Positions 39,408 through 51,509 of a stretch of 64,000 bases of DNA are shown here, one piece after another. Made by a program: the position numbers and the translations under genes. Source of the stretch: Anaerohalosphaeraceae bacterium. Lineage in GTDB: Bacteria; Planctomycetota; Phycisphaerae; Sedimentisphaerales; Anaerohalosphaeraceae. The DNA lies in assembly GCA_963675525.2 (NCBI GenBank), contig CAXXSL010000016.1:192001-256000 (forward strand), given 5' to 3'. The notes under the pieces were generated by a model. The model saw only the letters and a program-made list of their open reading frames with translations, had not been told where the DNA came from and made no database searches. Numbering within the stretch: the stretch's first letter is position 1; the number at the start of each line of letters is the position of its first letter.

Positions 39408-40733
39408 TTATGCCTTTACAATCTTACCGCGGCCGGATTTAACATTTGCCGTGGCATTACGTGTGTCAACAACTATTCTTGAATTTTTAACAATCCATTG
39501 ATAATCATAATCACTGTGATTGGTCGAGATCAGTACACAATCATAGCTTTTCAGTTTCGCCGCGGTCAGCGGAACACTTTTCATCTTTAAATCATACTCC
39601 CGCATCTTATGCGTTTGAGGCAGGTACGGGTCGTTGTAATCTACCTTTGCACCGCCTGCCTTGAGCAATTCGATCAACTCCAGCGACGGTGATTCACGCA
39701 CATCGTCAATGTCCGGCTTGTAGGCCAGCCCCAGCACCAACACCTTAGAGCCATTAAGACTTTTCTTTTTGCCGTTTAAGGCTTCCATTACTTTGTGCAT
39801 AACATAATTCGGCATGTCGGTATTAATCTCGCCGGCCAGTTCGATAAACCGGGTCGGCATCCCGTATTGACGCGCCTTCCATGTCAGGTAAAATGGATCA
39901 ATCGGGATACAGTGTCCGCCCAACCCGGGGCCGGGATAGAACGGCTTAAAACCAAACGGCTTGGTACTGGCCGCCCGAATTACCTCCCAGACATCGATCC
40001 CCATGCGGTCAAAGACCATCTTTAGTTCGTTAACCATTGCAATATTGATACAACGGTAAACATTTTCGAGGATTTTGGCCGATTCGGCGGCTTCTAACGA
40101 AGAAACCGGAACCATTGTATCGATCGCCAGACTGTAAAGTTTTCTCGCCAATTCTTTACAGGTCGGGGTCAATCCGCCGACCACCTTGGGGATCGTCTTG
40201 GTAGTAAAATCCTTATTGCCCGGATCTTCACGTTCCGGCGAATAAGCCAGGTAAAAGTCCTTGCCTGCTTTTAATCCGCCTGCTTCAAGGATCGGCTTCA
40301 TCAGTTCGCGTGTCGTGCCAGGATAGGTTGTACTTTCCAGTGAAATAAGTTGATCCTTGCGGATATATTTGGCAATGGTACGGCAACTGCCTTCGACATA
40401 GGTCATGTCCGGCTCGCGGTTTTCTGTCAACGGCGTCGGCACACAGATCAAAATCGCATCCGCTTTTTTCATCTCTGGCATATTCGCGGTGGCCGTAAAC
40501 AGCTTGGATGTGACCATCTTTTTAACAGAGTCATGTGAGACGGTCTTGAGAATGCTTTTGCCGGAGTTTAGCTTTTTAACCTTCGGCTCATCAATATCAA
40601 ACCCCATGACTTTAACGCCGGCTGCAGCAAACTCGCGTGCCAGCGGCAAGCCCACATAGCCCAATCCCAAGATCCCCACCACAACTTTTTTATTTCCGAT
40701 CTTCTGTTCAAGCAAAGATTTCTTTTTCGCCAT
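39408..40733 (-). CDS. UDP-N-acetylhexosamine 6-dehydrogenase (WbpA/WecC-like)
   Basis: GLGYVGLP, ICVPTP, ESTTYPGTT, SPEREDPGN, GPGLGGHCIPIDP, DDVRESP. Confidence 0.9.
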   Translation of the reverse strand: MAKKKSLLEQKIGNKKVVVGILGLGYVGLPLAREFAAAGVKVMGFDIDEPKVKKLNSGKSILKTVSHDSVKKMVTSKLFTATANMPEMKKADAILICVPTPLTENREPDMTYVEGSCRTIAKYIRKDQLISLESTTYPGTTRELMKPILEAGGLKAGKDFYLAYSPEREDPGNKDFTTKTIPKVVGGLTPTCKELARKLYSLAIDTMVPVSSLEAAESAKILENVYRCINIAMVNELKMVFDRMGIDVWEVIRAASTKPFGFKPFYPGPGLGGHCIPIDPFYLTWKARQYGMPTRFIELAGEINTDMPNYVMHKVMEALNGKKKSLNGSKVLVLGLAYKPDIDDVRESPSLELIELLKAGGAKVDYNDPYLPQTHKMREYDLKMKSVPLTAAKLKSYDCVLISTNHSDYDYQWIVKNSRIVVDTRNATANVKSGRGKIVKA

Positions 40734-40773
40734 TACCTTTACCCTTATATATCATTTCCATACATTTATTTTC

Positions 40774-41874
40774 TTAAGACAAAAACTTGAGTACTGTATC
40801 CGCTACATAATCTTTCATCTCATCGGTCAGTTCCGGATAGATCGGCAAAGCCAGAACTTCTTTCGCTGCTTTTTCGGCTTCCGGAAAACTGCCCTGCCCC
40901 TTGCCCAGATAAGTAAAGCACTCCTGCAGGTGCATCGGGACCGGATAATATATCTCACAGCCGATATTGCTGAACTGTAAATGCTGGAACAGCTCATCAC
41001 GTTTCGGAACACGAATGACATATTGATTGAAGATCGAAACACAATCTTCCGAAATAATCGGTGTCTTAACAATCGACCCTTTGAATTTCTTATCGTAGTA
41101 TTCGGCATTTTTCCGGCGGGCCGCAGACCACTTATCCAGAAGAGGCAGTTTCACCAGCAACGCAGCCGCCTGGATCGGATCCAGTCGAAAATTACCGCCG
41201 ATATACCGATGATGATATTTCGGTTCCATACCGTGATTTCGCATGATAAACAATTGATGATACAATTCCTCATCATTGGTCACAACCATGCCGCCGTCAC
41301 CGATGCCGCCGAGATTCTTGCTCGGGAAAAAGCTGAAACATCCGCACGTGCCCATCTCGCCTGCTTTCTTGCCCTTGTACGTAGCCGAGATCGCCTGCGC
41401 CGCGTCTTCAATCACCGCCAGAGATGCCTGTCCGGCGATTTGCATGATTGGGTCCATATCCGCCATCTGACCATACAGATGCACCGGCATGATCGCCTTC
41501 GTGCGTTCCGTAATTACCGCTTCGATCAGGTTAGGGTCGATATTGTAAGTTTCCGGATCAATATCCACAAACACCGGCTTAGCGCCAACCCGAACAATAC
41601 TGCCGGTCGTCGCAAAAAATGTAAACGGTGTCGTAATGACCTCATCGCCCGGTCCGATTCCTAAACTCATCAGGCTGTTAATCAAGGCGTCGGTTCCGCT
41701 GGATACACCCACTGCACAGTTGCATCCGCTCGCTTTGGCGACAGCTTTTTCCAGTTCTTCGACCAGCGGTCCGCCGATACACCGCTGAGAATCGAGCACC
41801 TCGTTAATCTTCGCTAAAACATCTTCCTTAATACCCGCATATTGCGCTTTTAAATCCAGTAATGGTATCTGCAT
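40774..41874 (-). CDS. DegT family aminotransferase (WbpE-like)
   Basis: SSGTDAL, PFTFFAT, PVHLYGQ, EDAAQA, SFFPSKNLGGIGDGG. Confidence 0.92.
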   Translation of the reverse strand: MQIPLLDLKAQYAGIKEDVLAKINEVLDSQRCIGGPLVEELEKAVAKASGCNCAVGVSSGTDALINSLMSLGIGPGDEVITTPFTFFATTGSIVRVGAKPVFVDIDPETYNIDPNLIEAVITERTKAIMPVHLYGQMADMDPIMQIAGQASLAVIEDAAQAISATYKGKKAGEMGTCGCFSFFPSKNLGGIGDGGMVVTNDEELYHQLFIMRNHGMEPKYHHRYIGGNFRLDPIQAAALLVKLPLLDKWSAARRKNAEYYDKKFKGSIVKTPIISEDCVSIFNQYVIRVPKRDELFQHLQFSNIGCEIYYPVPMHLQECFTYLGKGQGSFPEAEKAAKEVLALPIYPELTDEMKDYVADTVLKFLS

Positions 41875-41896
41875 AAAAACTCCGTTTTCTAATTGT

Positions 41897-42865
<969 letters not shown>

Positions 42866-42868
42866 TTA

Positions 42869-45800
42869 TCAGCAAACAGTAACAACAAGTCCTTCCGAAC
42901 TCACATCATAATTAAAAAACCGAGCATTCACATCGCACGGATTATCCGTTAAATCTTTGCGGAGCATTTTGACATCTTCTTCAGACTTACATGCCATTAA
43001 TACAAAGCCGCCACCGCCGGCACCTAATAATTTCGCTCCGTAAACATAAGGTGAAATTCGCTGAAACAGTGACTCGACCTGTTCGTTCGTAGAGTCTGGG
43101 TCAAGTTGCTTGTTAAGCTGCCAACTTCTGCCTAAAAGGCCGCCGAACTGAACATAGTCTTTTGACCCGACGATCTCGCCACCGTCTAATGCCGCCTGAC
43201 GTATCTGCTTCAATGTTCTCATGGCATGACGATCCCGATTCAAGTATCTTCCGACAACCTGCTGGAGAATGTTTTTTGCAAGACGAGTAATGCCTGTGTA
43301 GTATAACAAGGTGCGACCCCCGTTTAATGCCGGATCGATCACGTCCTTGCGAAGATACTGCATCGAAGGGTTGGGAACAAGGCCCGGCTCTGTCAAAATT
43401 AATTTGACTCCTTCAAGTACACCGCCGATCTGATCCTGCCATCCGCCGCCGGTTGTAAGAGTCTGCTCCAGCCTTAAAACGGAATTCGATAATTCTTTAT
43501 TGCCCAACTGCCTGCCCATCGCACAATTGATCGCCGCCACGATGACAGCCCCCATGATGCTGGATGTCCCCAGTCCGCTGCCTTTAGGAATGGCCGCTAA
43601 CGTTGTCAGTTCAATCCCGCCTCCAAACACTTCAAGCATACTCTGAAGTGATTTTTTTTCCAAATCACCAAAACGCTCCCTGGAAAATATTTCCTGCAGA
43701 AATGCGGCTTTGGCTAAAGAAAATCCGCTTGTCACGTCTCGATAATTACTCAGTTCCTCCTGAGTACGAATAACAACCTGTAGACCCAGGTCGATCGAGC
43801 CGATCTTAATGACCGGATCCTGAATGACACGAAGATACGCTTGGATCGGTGGTTGACCATTCAAATTCACCGCCGCATTCAAGACAGCTCCTCCCCATTC
43901 CAACGCATAAGGCGGCGTGTCTGTCCAGCCTCCGGCCATATCCAGTCTGGCAGGGGCTCTTGCCCAGACAATTTCATCCGTCCTTAAACAACTGCGGGGT
44001 TGTAATCCGCCCTGTTCACCTGTTCCAAGGATTGCGCTGCTGTGGAGTTTGAAGGCGGAATTTTTTAATGTGACCGCCCATTCTTGAATGCTTAAGTTAG
44101 CTGATAACGAAATTCCTAAACGGTCAAGCCAATCGAGGCACTCCGGCAAAAGCAGCGTTTCAAGCTCCGACCGAATCAATGTCGTTCGGTCTTCGGACCA
44201 GTCTATGTGTTCGAACGCCGAACCGAGTGAATGCAAAATTCTCGAACTAATAAAGATATCCTCTCGATTCAGCGAGTCTGACTTGGAGCAGGAATAAGCC
44301 GCAAGAATGGCTTCTTGAATAAATGCCAGATTGTTTTTGTCATTTTTAATTATATAAGTTAATTCCAGATCACTCAACGAGCTCTCCGGCCTGAACAGAT
44401 AGGAGACCCTGTCTGTCAAATCGCAGATCCTGTTCGATTGACGTTTTGTCAGAAACACCTCTGCATCCGTTAACAAGGCGATGTCTCGATTGCTGAATCG
44501 CGCACCGGTTTTCCATTGATGAATCTGTGCCTGGCTCGCTTGATTCGGTGTAAACATCCAAAGGAAATCTCGAAATTGTTCCTGTTCTCTAATAAAAGGA
44601 AACAGTTTGGCATTGAATAGATCCCTATGATTTCCTTCAGTAACTTCTTTCCAAATATCGGATTCATCAGCACTGATTGTTTCCAGCCAGTCATGAATCG
44701 AAATGCCGCAGTATTCGGGAGGATCATTGGAGGCCGATTTGAAATCATCGTTGAAACCATAGCACCGAATAAACCACCCCGATTGGCCTTCATAATCTCT
44801 GCCGGGGACAAGATCCAGACATTGCCCCTGTCCAAGCGAAAGCTCTTCGTTAAGATCGATGCCAGTTACAATATTATTTCCTTCGAGTTTCAATACTGCG
44901 TCAATTGTGCATCCCTCGACCCAGGCAGGTGAACCCGTTATTGAACCGGCATCAGAAATAAAATTATTAATACTTAAGCTGTCTGAAATTCTGATTTTCG
45001 GACCATTTTCCTGAACAAGGCGATACCCGCTGTTAATGATTTGCTGAACAGTCCCAAAATCAAGAAAATCGCAGTGCGATAACAGCTTGGCATGAAAGTC
45101 AATACGCCTCGCTTTATCAAATAGTTCTGAAAGTAATGCCTCCGGCCATGTTGAACCGCTGCCCCATGCGGAATCTCGATGCAATTGCTTCGTTGCTTCC
45201 GAACCAAAAACACAACATAATTCCCGGTAAAAATCCAGACCATGGTCGATAACTGCTTCTGCCAAATCGCCTTCAAACACGACCTTGCCTTCGTCGTCAT
45301 ACCGTAAACCAAATACCCTCAGCATTTCAACAGCAACACTCCCATCAAAAGCCATGATTCCAATATCAAGTATCGCCTGATGATAATTATTCAAGGCACG
45401 ATATTCCTTTTGCTGTTGATAGGAAGGTTTCTGTAAGTAAAGTCTCACTTTATGCTCGGGATCTAAACAAAAAACACCATGCCGAGACGCCTGGTCAGGG
45501 CTTGCCGGACAGCAAAAACCCGTCACCGCTCCACGTGTGCATTCCAGCGGATCTGTCTTGAATCTAAGCAAAACATCTCCCGACGTCATAACGAATTGAC
45601 CCGAACGATTCTCTTCCCCGAAAAGCTTTAAATAAAGAGCCAACTGCTTGTCAAACAGCGTTAAAGGAATGGGGCCATCCCATTCCCCTGGAATCGGAAC
45701 AAACAGTTTTCCGCAGGAACCATAGGCGGGAAGTCGTTTACTATCGCCGCCTGCATGAATAATAAGAACTCGTTTGTCTTGAAAAACCTTTTTCCAAAGA

Positions 45801-46039
45801 TTGATGTCGTCTGAAAAGGGTATGGGGCCAAGTTCTTCTCTGAGCACGGCCAATAGACAACATAATGTACTGCCCCCACTGCCGATTCGTTTACCATCGG
45901 TGTCAGGAACAACTAAAACTTTCTTGATCCCGGCGAGGAGACCGAGTTGACGTCGAATTTCAAGCTGTCGACGGTAAATAGTCGCTTGAAATTCATTTGA
46001 CGCTGTTAATATGAGATAGTCACAACCATCAAAGTCCAA
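42869..46039 (-). CDS. fkp: Bifunctional L-fucokinase / fucose-1-phosphate guanylyltransferase
   Basis: N-term HAGGDSKRLP..GKLF and HGVF; C-term GHMP kinase PARLDMAGGWTDTPP, PKGSGLGTSS, GGGWQDQ, GAGGGG. Confidence 0.88.
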   Translation of the reverse strand: MDFDGCDYLILTASNEFQATIYRRQLEIRRQLGLLAGIKKVLVVPDTDGKRIGSGGSTLCCLLAVLREELGPIPFSDDINLWKKVFQDKRVLIIHAGGDSKRLPAYGSCGKLFVPIPGEWDGPIPLTLFDKQLALYLKLFGEENRSGQFVMTSGDVLLRFKTDPLECTRGAVTGFCCPASPDQASRHGVFCLDPEHKVRLYLQKPSYQQQKEYRALNNYHQAILDIGIMAFDGSVAVEMLRVFGLRYDDEGKVVFEGDLAEAVIDHGLDFYRELCCVFGSEATKQLHRDSAWGSGSTWPEALLSELFDKARRIDFHAKLLSHCDFLDFGTVQQIINSGYRLVQENGPKIRISDSLSINNFISDAGSITGSPAWVEGCTIDAVLKLEGNNIVTGIDLNEELSLGQGQCLDLVPGRDYEGQSGWFIRCYGFNDDFKSASNDPPEYCGISIHDWLETISADESDIWKEVTEGNHRDLFNAKLFPFIREQEQFRDFLWMFTPNQASQAQIHQWKTGARFSNRDIALLTDAEVFLTKRQSNRICDLTDRVSYLFRPESSLSDLELTYIIKNDKNNLAFIQEAILAAYSCSKSDSLNREDIFISSRILHSLGSAFEHIDWSEDRTTLIRSELETLLLPECLDWLDRLGISLSANLSIQEWAVTLKNSAFKLHSSAILGTGEQGGLQPRSCLRTDEIVWARAPARLDMAGGWTDTPPYALEWGGAVLNAAVNLNGQPPIQAYLRVIQDPVIKIGSIDLGLQVVIRTQEELSNYRDVTSGFSLAKAAFLQEIFSRERFGDLEKKSLQSMLEVFGGGIELTTLAAIPKGSGLGTSSIMGAVIVAAINCAMGRQLGNKELSNSVLRLEQTLTTGGGWQDQIGGVLEGVKLILTEPGLVPNPSMQYLRKDVIDPALNGGRTLLYYTGITRLAKNILQQVVGRYLNRDRHAMRTLKQIRQAALDGGEIVGSKDYVQFGGLLGRSWQLNKQLDPDSTNEQVESLFQRISPYVYGAKLLGAGGGGFVLMACKSEEDVKMLRKDLTDNPCDVNARFFNYDVSSEGLVVTVC

Positions 46040-46087
46040 AGTTACCGATTCCTTATATAATCACAATGAGGATCAATGAATACTCTT

Positions 46088-47092
46088 TTATCCGATGTTA
46101 TCGGTGATCAATTTTTCTTTCTCAGCAAGCTTCATGTCAGCATCGGTCATCATCCGTGCCAGTTCCTTAAAACCAACCTTCGGCTGCCAGTTTAATTGCT
46201 TTTTCGCTTTACCCGCATCCCCCAACAGCAATTCCACTTCGGTCGGGCGATAATATCGTGGATCGATTTCCACGTGTTTTTGCCAGTCCAGATCCAGATG
46301 GCCAAACACTTCATCCAGAAATTCCCGTACCGAATACGTTTCGCCGGTCGCCACCACATAGTCATCCGGTTGATCAGCCTGAAGCATCAGCCACATCGCC
46401 TCCACATAATCACCTGCAAAACCCCAGTCACGCTTGGCATCCAGATTCCCCAAAAACAATTTGTCCTGCAAGCCCAACTTGATCCGCGTCGCGGCCCGTG
46501 TGATCTTGCGGGTTACGAACGTCTCACCTCGCCGTGGCGATTCGTGATTAAACAAAATCCCATTGCAGGCAAAAATATTATAGGCTTCACGATAATTGAC
46601 CGTCTGCCAGAAGCTATAAACCTTGGCACACCCGTATGGGCTCCGCGGATAAAATGGTGTTTCTTCTGTTTGAGGGGCCTCGGCAACTTTGCCATACATT
46701 TCACTGCTCGAGGCCTGATAAAACTTTGCTGGCTTTTTCATCATCCGTATCGCTTCCAGGAGTCTCAACGTCCCTAAAGCATCAGTATTAACCGTATAAA
46801 CCGGCTGGTCGAAACTGACACGAACATGGCTTTGTGCGCCAAGATTATACACCTCATCCGGCTGAACATCACTAAGGATTGTCGAGAGATTACCGCCGTC
46901 GGTCAAGTCACCATAGATAAGTTTCAATGGCGGCTGCTTATGCGGATCCTGGTACAAATGATTGATCCGTTCAGTGCCAAATGTCGAACTACGACGGATA
47001 ATCCCATAAACCTCATAACCTTTGTTCAACAGCAACTCAGTCAAATAAGAACCATCCTGACCGGTAATTCCTGTAATTAATGCTTTTTTCAT
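46088..47092 (-). CDS. gmd: GDP-mannose 4,6-dehydratase
   Basis: [52 protein letters not shown]. Confidence 0.97.
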   Translation of the reverse strand: MKKALITGITGQDGSYLTELLLNKGYEVYGIIRRSSTFGTERINHLYQDPHKQPPLKLIYGDLTDGGNLSTILSDVQPDEVYNLGAQSHVRVSFDQPVYTVNTDALGTLRLLEAIRMMKKPAKFYQASSSEMYGKVAEAPQTEETPFYPRSPYGCAKVYSFWQTVNYREAYNIFACNGILFNHESPRRGETFVTRKITRAATRIKLGLQDKLFLGNLDAKRDWGFAGDYVEAMWLMLQADQPDDYVVATGETYSVREFLDEVFGHLDLDWQKHVEIDPRYYRPTEVELLLGDAGKAKKQLNWQPKVGFKELARMMTDADMKLAEKEKLITDNIG

Positions 47093-47132
47093 TAAAATTC
47101 CTCACACATAGACGTTAATCATCTGTCAGTAA

Positions 47133-48188
47133 TCAACTGACACAATAGAATTCTTTATACCAGGCAATGAAACGATTGACACCCTCTTTGATCGGTGTAT
47201 TCGGCTGATAACTCATATCTTCCACCAGATCGCTGACATCTGCCCAGGTTGCAGGCACATCACCTGGCTGGATCGGCAGCAGATTCTTTTGAGCCTTTTT
47301 CCCTAACGCTTTCTCGATCGCCTCGATAAAATCCATGAGTTTAACAGGGGAACTGTTCCCGATGTTATAAACTTGATAGGGCGATTTCGAACAGGATGGG
47401 TCAGGATTCTGACCCGCCCAATCCGGATTCCCCTGCGGGATATGATCGATCACGCGAACAACGCCTTCTACGATGTCATCAATATACGTAAAATCTCGTT
47501 GCATTTGGCCATAGTTAAAAACATCGATCGGCTTGTCTTCCAGAATCGCTTTGGTAAATAAAAATAATGCCATATCCGGCCGGCCCCACGGACCGTAAAC
47601 GGTAAAGAACCGCAATCCCGTCGTCGGTAAACCAAACAAATGGCTGTATGTATGAGCCATCAACTCATTTGATTTTTTACTGACCGCATACAGACTAACC
47701 GGATGGTCCACGTTGTCACGCGTCGAAAACGGCATCGACTCATTCAAGCCATAAACACTGGAACTGCTCGCATACGCCAGATGCTGAATAGAGTGATGTC
47801 GGCAGGCTTCCAGAATATTGATAAATCCCACAATATTCGAGTGAATGTAGGCATCAGGATTAATTAAACTGTAACGAACGCCGGCCTGCGCCGCCAGGTT
47901 ACAGACTTTATCAAATCGCTGCGCCGCAAACAACGCATCCATGTTCGGCTTGTCTTCCAGATTAAGCTGAATAAATTGATAATTTTCGTGTTTGCTGCTG
48001 GCGACAAGTTTATTGTATTCAACCGCTTCCTTAGTGATTCCTGTTTCACTCAGGCGGGCATACTTGACACCCGTGTCGTAATAATCATTAATATTGTCCA
48101 ACCCCACAATCTCATCGCCGCGAGCGATCAACCGCTGCGCCAAGTGAAATCCGATAAATCCCGCCGTTCCGGTCACTAATATTCTCAA
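47133..48188 (-). CDS. UDP-glucuronate 4-epimerase
   Basis: [42 protein letters not shown]. Confidence 0.92.
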   Translation of the reverse strand: MRILVTGTAGFIGFHLAQRLIARGDEIVGLDNINDYYDTGVKYARLSETGITKEAVEYNKLVASSKHENYQFIQLNLEDKPNMDALFAAQRFDKVCNLAAQAGVRYSLINPDAYIHSNIVGFINILEACRHHSIQHLAYASSSSVYGLNESMPFSTRDNVDHPVSLYAVSKKSNELMAHTYSHLFGLPTTGLRFFTVYGPWGRPDMALFLFTKAILEDKPIDVFNYGQMQRDFTYIDDIVEGVVRVIDHIPQGNPDWAGQNPDPSCSKSPYQVYNIGNSSPVKLMDFIEAIEKALGKKAQKNLLPIQPGDVPATWADVSDLVEDMSYQPNTPIKEGVNRFIAWYKEFYCVS

Positions 48189-48198
48189 AGAAGATCTC

Positions 48199-49071
48199 CT
48201 AATCCTCTAAAGTCTTTGCTAAATCTCGAATATACCGCTTCATGTTCTCTGCCATGTCCTTATCTTTGAGTGAAAACTCAAGATTCGTTCGGATAAACCC
48301 CTCCTTGTTCCCGATATCACACCGCCGTCCGTTAAGTTTTCGCCCATACATGCGGCGTTTTTGAACCATAATGCGCATCGCATCGGTAATTTGAATCTCT
48401 CCGCCTTTGCCCGGAGTCGTCTGCTCAAGATGCTCAAAAATGTCCGGCGTAAAAATATACCGGCTGGCGATGACCAGGTTCGACGGTGCTTCTTCAACCG
48501 AAGGTTTCTCAACAAAATCACGAACGCGAAACAGTCCCACCTCTTCTTCATACCCATCGACCACACCATAGCGGCTCACTTTTGAACGGTCCACTTCCTC
48601 CAGCAAAACCACCGGATTATTCACTTTTTCAAACACCTCAAGTAATTGCCCGACCGCCGGAACCAATGCATCAATGACCGTATCTCCCAGCAACACCGCA
48701 AACGGCTCATCGTTGATATGATGCCGGGCGCAATAAATCGCATCCCCCAGTCCCTTCATCTCTTTTTGCCAGACAAAATGAATATCCGCCATTTCCGAAA
48801 TATGCCGAACACCGTCTAATTCAGCCAAACGCCCTTTCGACTCCAACTGAGCTTCCAGTTGAAAACTGCGGTCGAAATGTTCTTCGATGGCTCGTTTGCC
48901 CTTGCCGATCACCATCAAGATATCCGTAATTCCGGCCGCCACCGCTTCTTCGACCACATATTGGATCACCGGCGTATCAACGATCGGCAGCATCTCTTTG
49001 GGCTGTGATTTTGTGGCCGGCAGAAATCGGGTTCCAAATCCCGCCGCAGGAATAACCGCTTTTCGAATCAT
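48199..49071 (-). CDS. galU: UTP--glucose-1-phosphate uridylyltransferase family
   Basis: [35 protein letters not shown]. Confidence 0.92.
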   Translation of the reverse strand: MIRKAVIPAAGFGTRFLPATKSQPKEMLPIVDTPVIQYVVEEAVAAGITDILMVIGKGKRAIEEHFDRSFQLEAQLESKGRLAELDGVRHISEMADIHFVWQKEMKGLGDAIYCARHHINDEPFAVLLGDTVIDALVPAVGQLLEVFEKVNNPVVLLEEVDRSKVSRYGVVDGYEEEVGLFRVRDFVEKPSVEEAPSNLVIASRYIFTPDIFEHLEQTTPGKGGEIQITDAMRIMVQKRRMYGRKLNGRRCDIGNKEGFIRTNLEFSLKDKDMAENMKRYIRDLAKTLED

Positions 49072-49073
49072 CG

Positions 49074-50093
49074 TTATACGTTTTCCTTTTGATTCGTTGG
49101 CACAATTTTCGGTTTGATAACACGTATCCCTGTCCGTGAAAAAGCTTTCTTCAGCTTAGCATACATCGTTTCATCTCGATATATCCCCACAATCGCACCG
49201 CCGGAACCGGTAAATTTCGAACAGGATCCGACCGACCGGGCCGTCTCTATCATTCGGAGATTATCGTCGCCGATTTTGTAGATGCTCCGCCGCCGGTCGA
49301 AATTCGCATTGATGAATTCATGCATGGACTTCAAATCCTGTTCACAAAGCGCCTTTTTAAATCGGTCCGTCAGCCGTGCCCAAAAACGCATCGCACTGTG
49401 CACCTTATTCTCGCCCTGTTCAAACCGAACACGAATATCGTTATGAAAAACCTCGGTCGGCTCACTAAAGTCATCGCGATAGGCAATATACAGTTTTGGC
49501 AACAGCTTAACATCCATCGGTTCATAAATCCCATGGCCCTGCTTTTTCAAAACCGCTTCATTAAAATCCATGTAAACCAGTCCTTCATAGACCTGGATGA
49601 CGCGATCCTGCAATCCCGCTGAAATCCCTAACTCGTCCTTTTCCGCCGACAAAATCAGTCCCGCCTGAACGGGCTTCGGAATCGCCACTCCATAAAAAGT
49701 CATCAACGCTCGTATGCACGCGGTAATAATCGCACTGGAGCCTCCAAGCCCCACGCTGTGAGGAATATTTGAATGGTAACGTATCGTAAAGTTTTTATCA
49801 TGGAGCTGGATTTGATTCTCTGTACAATAGTCAAAAAATCGCTTAACGGTCGCTTTCAGCAAACGGATACCACCGTAATAACCGTGAAGTTTGACATCAC
49901 GAACAAGACTGTAGATCGTCTCAAAACAGGATTGATCCTTTTCGCTGGCAAGAATTTCCAACTCAGGGCTTTCATACAGAACCACTTCCGCCGAAAAATT
50001 GCTGAACGCAAAGGAAATCGTTTTGCCGAAATATCCGTCTGAAGGATTCCCAATCAAACCGACACGTGGATAAGCTTTAGTTCGAATGATCAT
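49074..50093 (-). CDS. GHMP kinase, glucuronokinase-like
   Basis: Likely start MIIRTK 50093; GNPSDGYFGKTIS, GYYGGIRLL, GLGGSSAI, ELGISAGLQDRVIQVYEGLVYMDF, KFTGSGGA match the plant glucuronokinase signature as I recall it. Confidence 0.82.
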   Translation of the reverse strand: MIIRTKAYPRVGLIGNPSDGYFGKTISFAFSNFSAEVVLYESPELEILASEKDQSCFETIYSLVRDVKLHGYYGGIRLLKATVKRFFDYCTENQIQLHDKNFTIRYHSNIPHSVGLGGSSAIITACIRALMTFYGVAIPKPVQAGLILSAEKDELGISAGLQDRVIQVYEGLVYMDFNEAVLKKQGHGIYEPMDVKLLPKLYIAYRDDFSEPTEVFHNDIRVRFEQGENKVHSAMRFWARLTDRFKKALCEQDLKSMHEFINANFDRRRSIYKIGDDNLRMIETARSVGSCSKFTGSGGAIVGIYRDETMYAKLKKAFSRTGIRVIKPKIVPTNQKENV

Positions 50094-50109
50094 GCCATTG
50101 TCGCGTAAA

Positions 50110-51399
50110 TTACGCTCTCCCGATACTGTGATATTCAAGGCCCTGTTTTTTAACAAAGGCAGGGCTGTAAAGATTCCTGCCGTCAAAGAGTACCGGAGAT
50201 TTCAAACGCTTGGCGATCAAATCGAAGTCCGGCGTACGGAATTCCTGCCAATCGGTAAAGATCACCAGTGCATCAGCGCCGGCCAGTACATCATAGGCAT
50301 TCCCAACCCGGGTGATTTTTTTCTCAAACTCGGGGCACTCCGCTTCCGGATCATACGCCGTGATCTCGACACCCGCTTTTAGCAATTTATTCATGCAGTA
50401 AATCGCCGGAGATTCCCGTGTATCATCTGTCCGCGCTTTAAACGTCATCCCCCAAACACCCACCTTAATGTTCTGACGGCCTTCGAAATAATTGAGTATC
50501 TTTTGTGCAAATCGATCCTGCTGAACAAAATTGGCCTGCTGGACGGATTCGGCAATGCTCATTTGAATACCCTTTTCACGCCCCATATAGATCAGGGCAC
50601 GTACATCTTTGGGAAAACAACTGCCGCCATAACCTACTCCGGCAAATAAAAATGCGTTCCCAATCCGGGAATCACTTCCCATGCCGGAACGCACGCTTTC
50701 AATATCCGCCCCGTATTCATCACACAGGGTACTAAGTTCGTTCATAAAAGAAATGCGGGTTGCCAGCATCGTATTGGCCGCGTATTTGGCCATTTCGGCG
50801 CTGGCCGGGTCCATAAATAAAATCCGGCTGCTTTTTCGCATAAACGGAGCATACAAAACTTTCATCAACTCCATCACGGCCGGGTTGGTGGTACCGATGA
50901 TAACACGGTCCGGCTTCATGAAATCCTCAACCGCCGATCCTTCTTTCAAAAATTCCGGATTGCTGACATAATCAAACGCAATCTCCGTCTTGGAAGTTAC
51001 CATCTCATTGACGAGTTTGTGCGTCCCCACCGGAACCGTGCTCTTGGTCACAAGAATCCGATACTCAGTCATCACCCCGGCAACCGCCTCGGCCACCGAA
51101 AGAACCGCCGAAATGTCCGCCGATCCATCGGGAGCACTGGGGGTCCCCACGCCAATAAAAATAAGCAGGGACTCATCAACGCCCTGCTTTAAATCTGTAG
51201 TAAATATCAGTCGGCCGGCTTCTATATTTCGCTGAACAATTTCAGTCAACCCCGGTTCATAGATAGGAATGACTCCATTTTTGAGATCCCCTATCTTTTT
51301 TTCGTCGTTATCCACACAAATAACGTGGTTGCCGCCCTCAGCAAAGCACGACGCCGCAACAAGACCAACATAACCAATCCCAACGACTGATACCCTCAT
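50110..51399 (-). CDS. ugd: UDP-glucose 6-dehydrogenase
   Basis: GIGYVG, GVGTP, KSTVPVGT, SNPEFLKEG, GYGGSCFPKD, DDTRESP. Confidence 0.95.
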   Translation of the reverse strand: MRVSVVGIGYVGLVAASCFAEGGNHVICVDNDEKKIGDLKNGVIPIYEPGLTEIVQRNIEAGRLIFTTDLKQGVDESLLIFIGVGTPSAPDGSADISAVLSVAEAVAGVMTEYRILVTKSTVPVGTHKLVNEMVTSKTEIAFDYVSNPEFLKEGSAVEDFMKPDRVIIGTTNPAVMELMKVLYAPFMRKSSRILFMDPASAEMAKYAANTMLATRISFMNELSTLCDEYGADIESVRSGMGSDSRIGNAFLFAGVGYGGSCFPKDVRALIYMGREKGIQMSIAESVQQANFVQQDRFAQKILNYFEGRQNIKVGVWGMTFKARTDDTRESPAIYCMNKLLKAGVEITAYDPEAECPEFEKKITRVGNAYDVLAGADALVIFTDWQEFRTPDFDLIAKRLKSPVLFDGRNLYSPAFVKKQGLEYHSIGRA

Positions 51400-51509
51400 T
51401 TACTAACTCCTTTTAATACAAGTGCTTAAGAAAAATTACAGCATCGGGTTTTTCAAAAAGTTCACACTCCGTGCCCGTCGGTTACACAAAAATGTGCGTC
51501 CGGATACCT

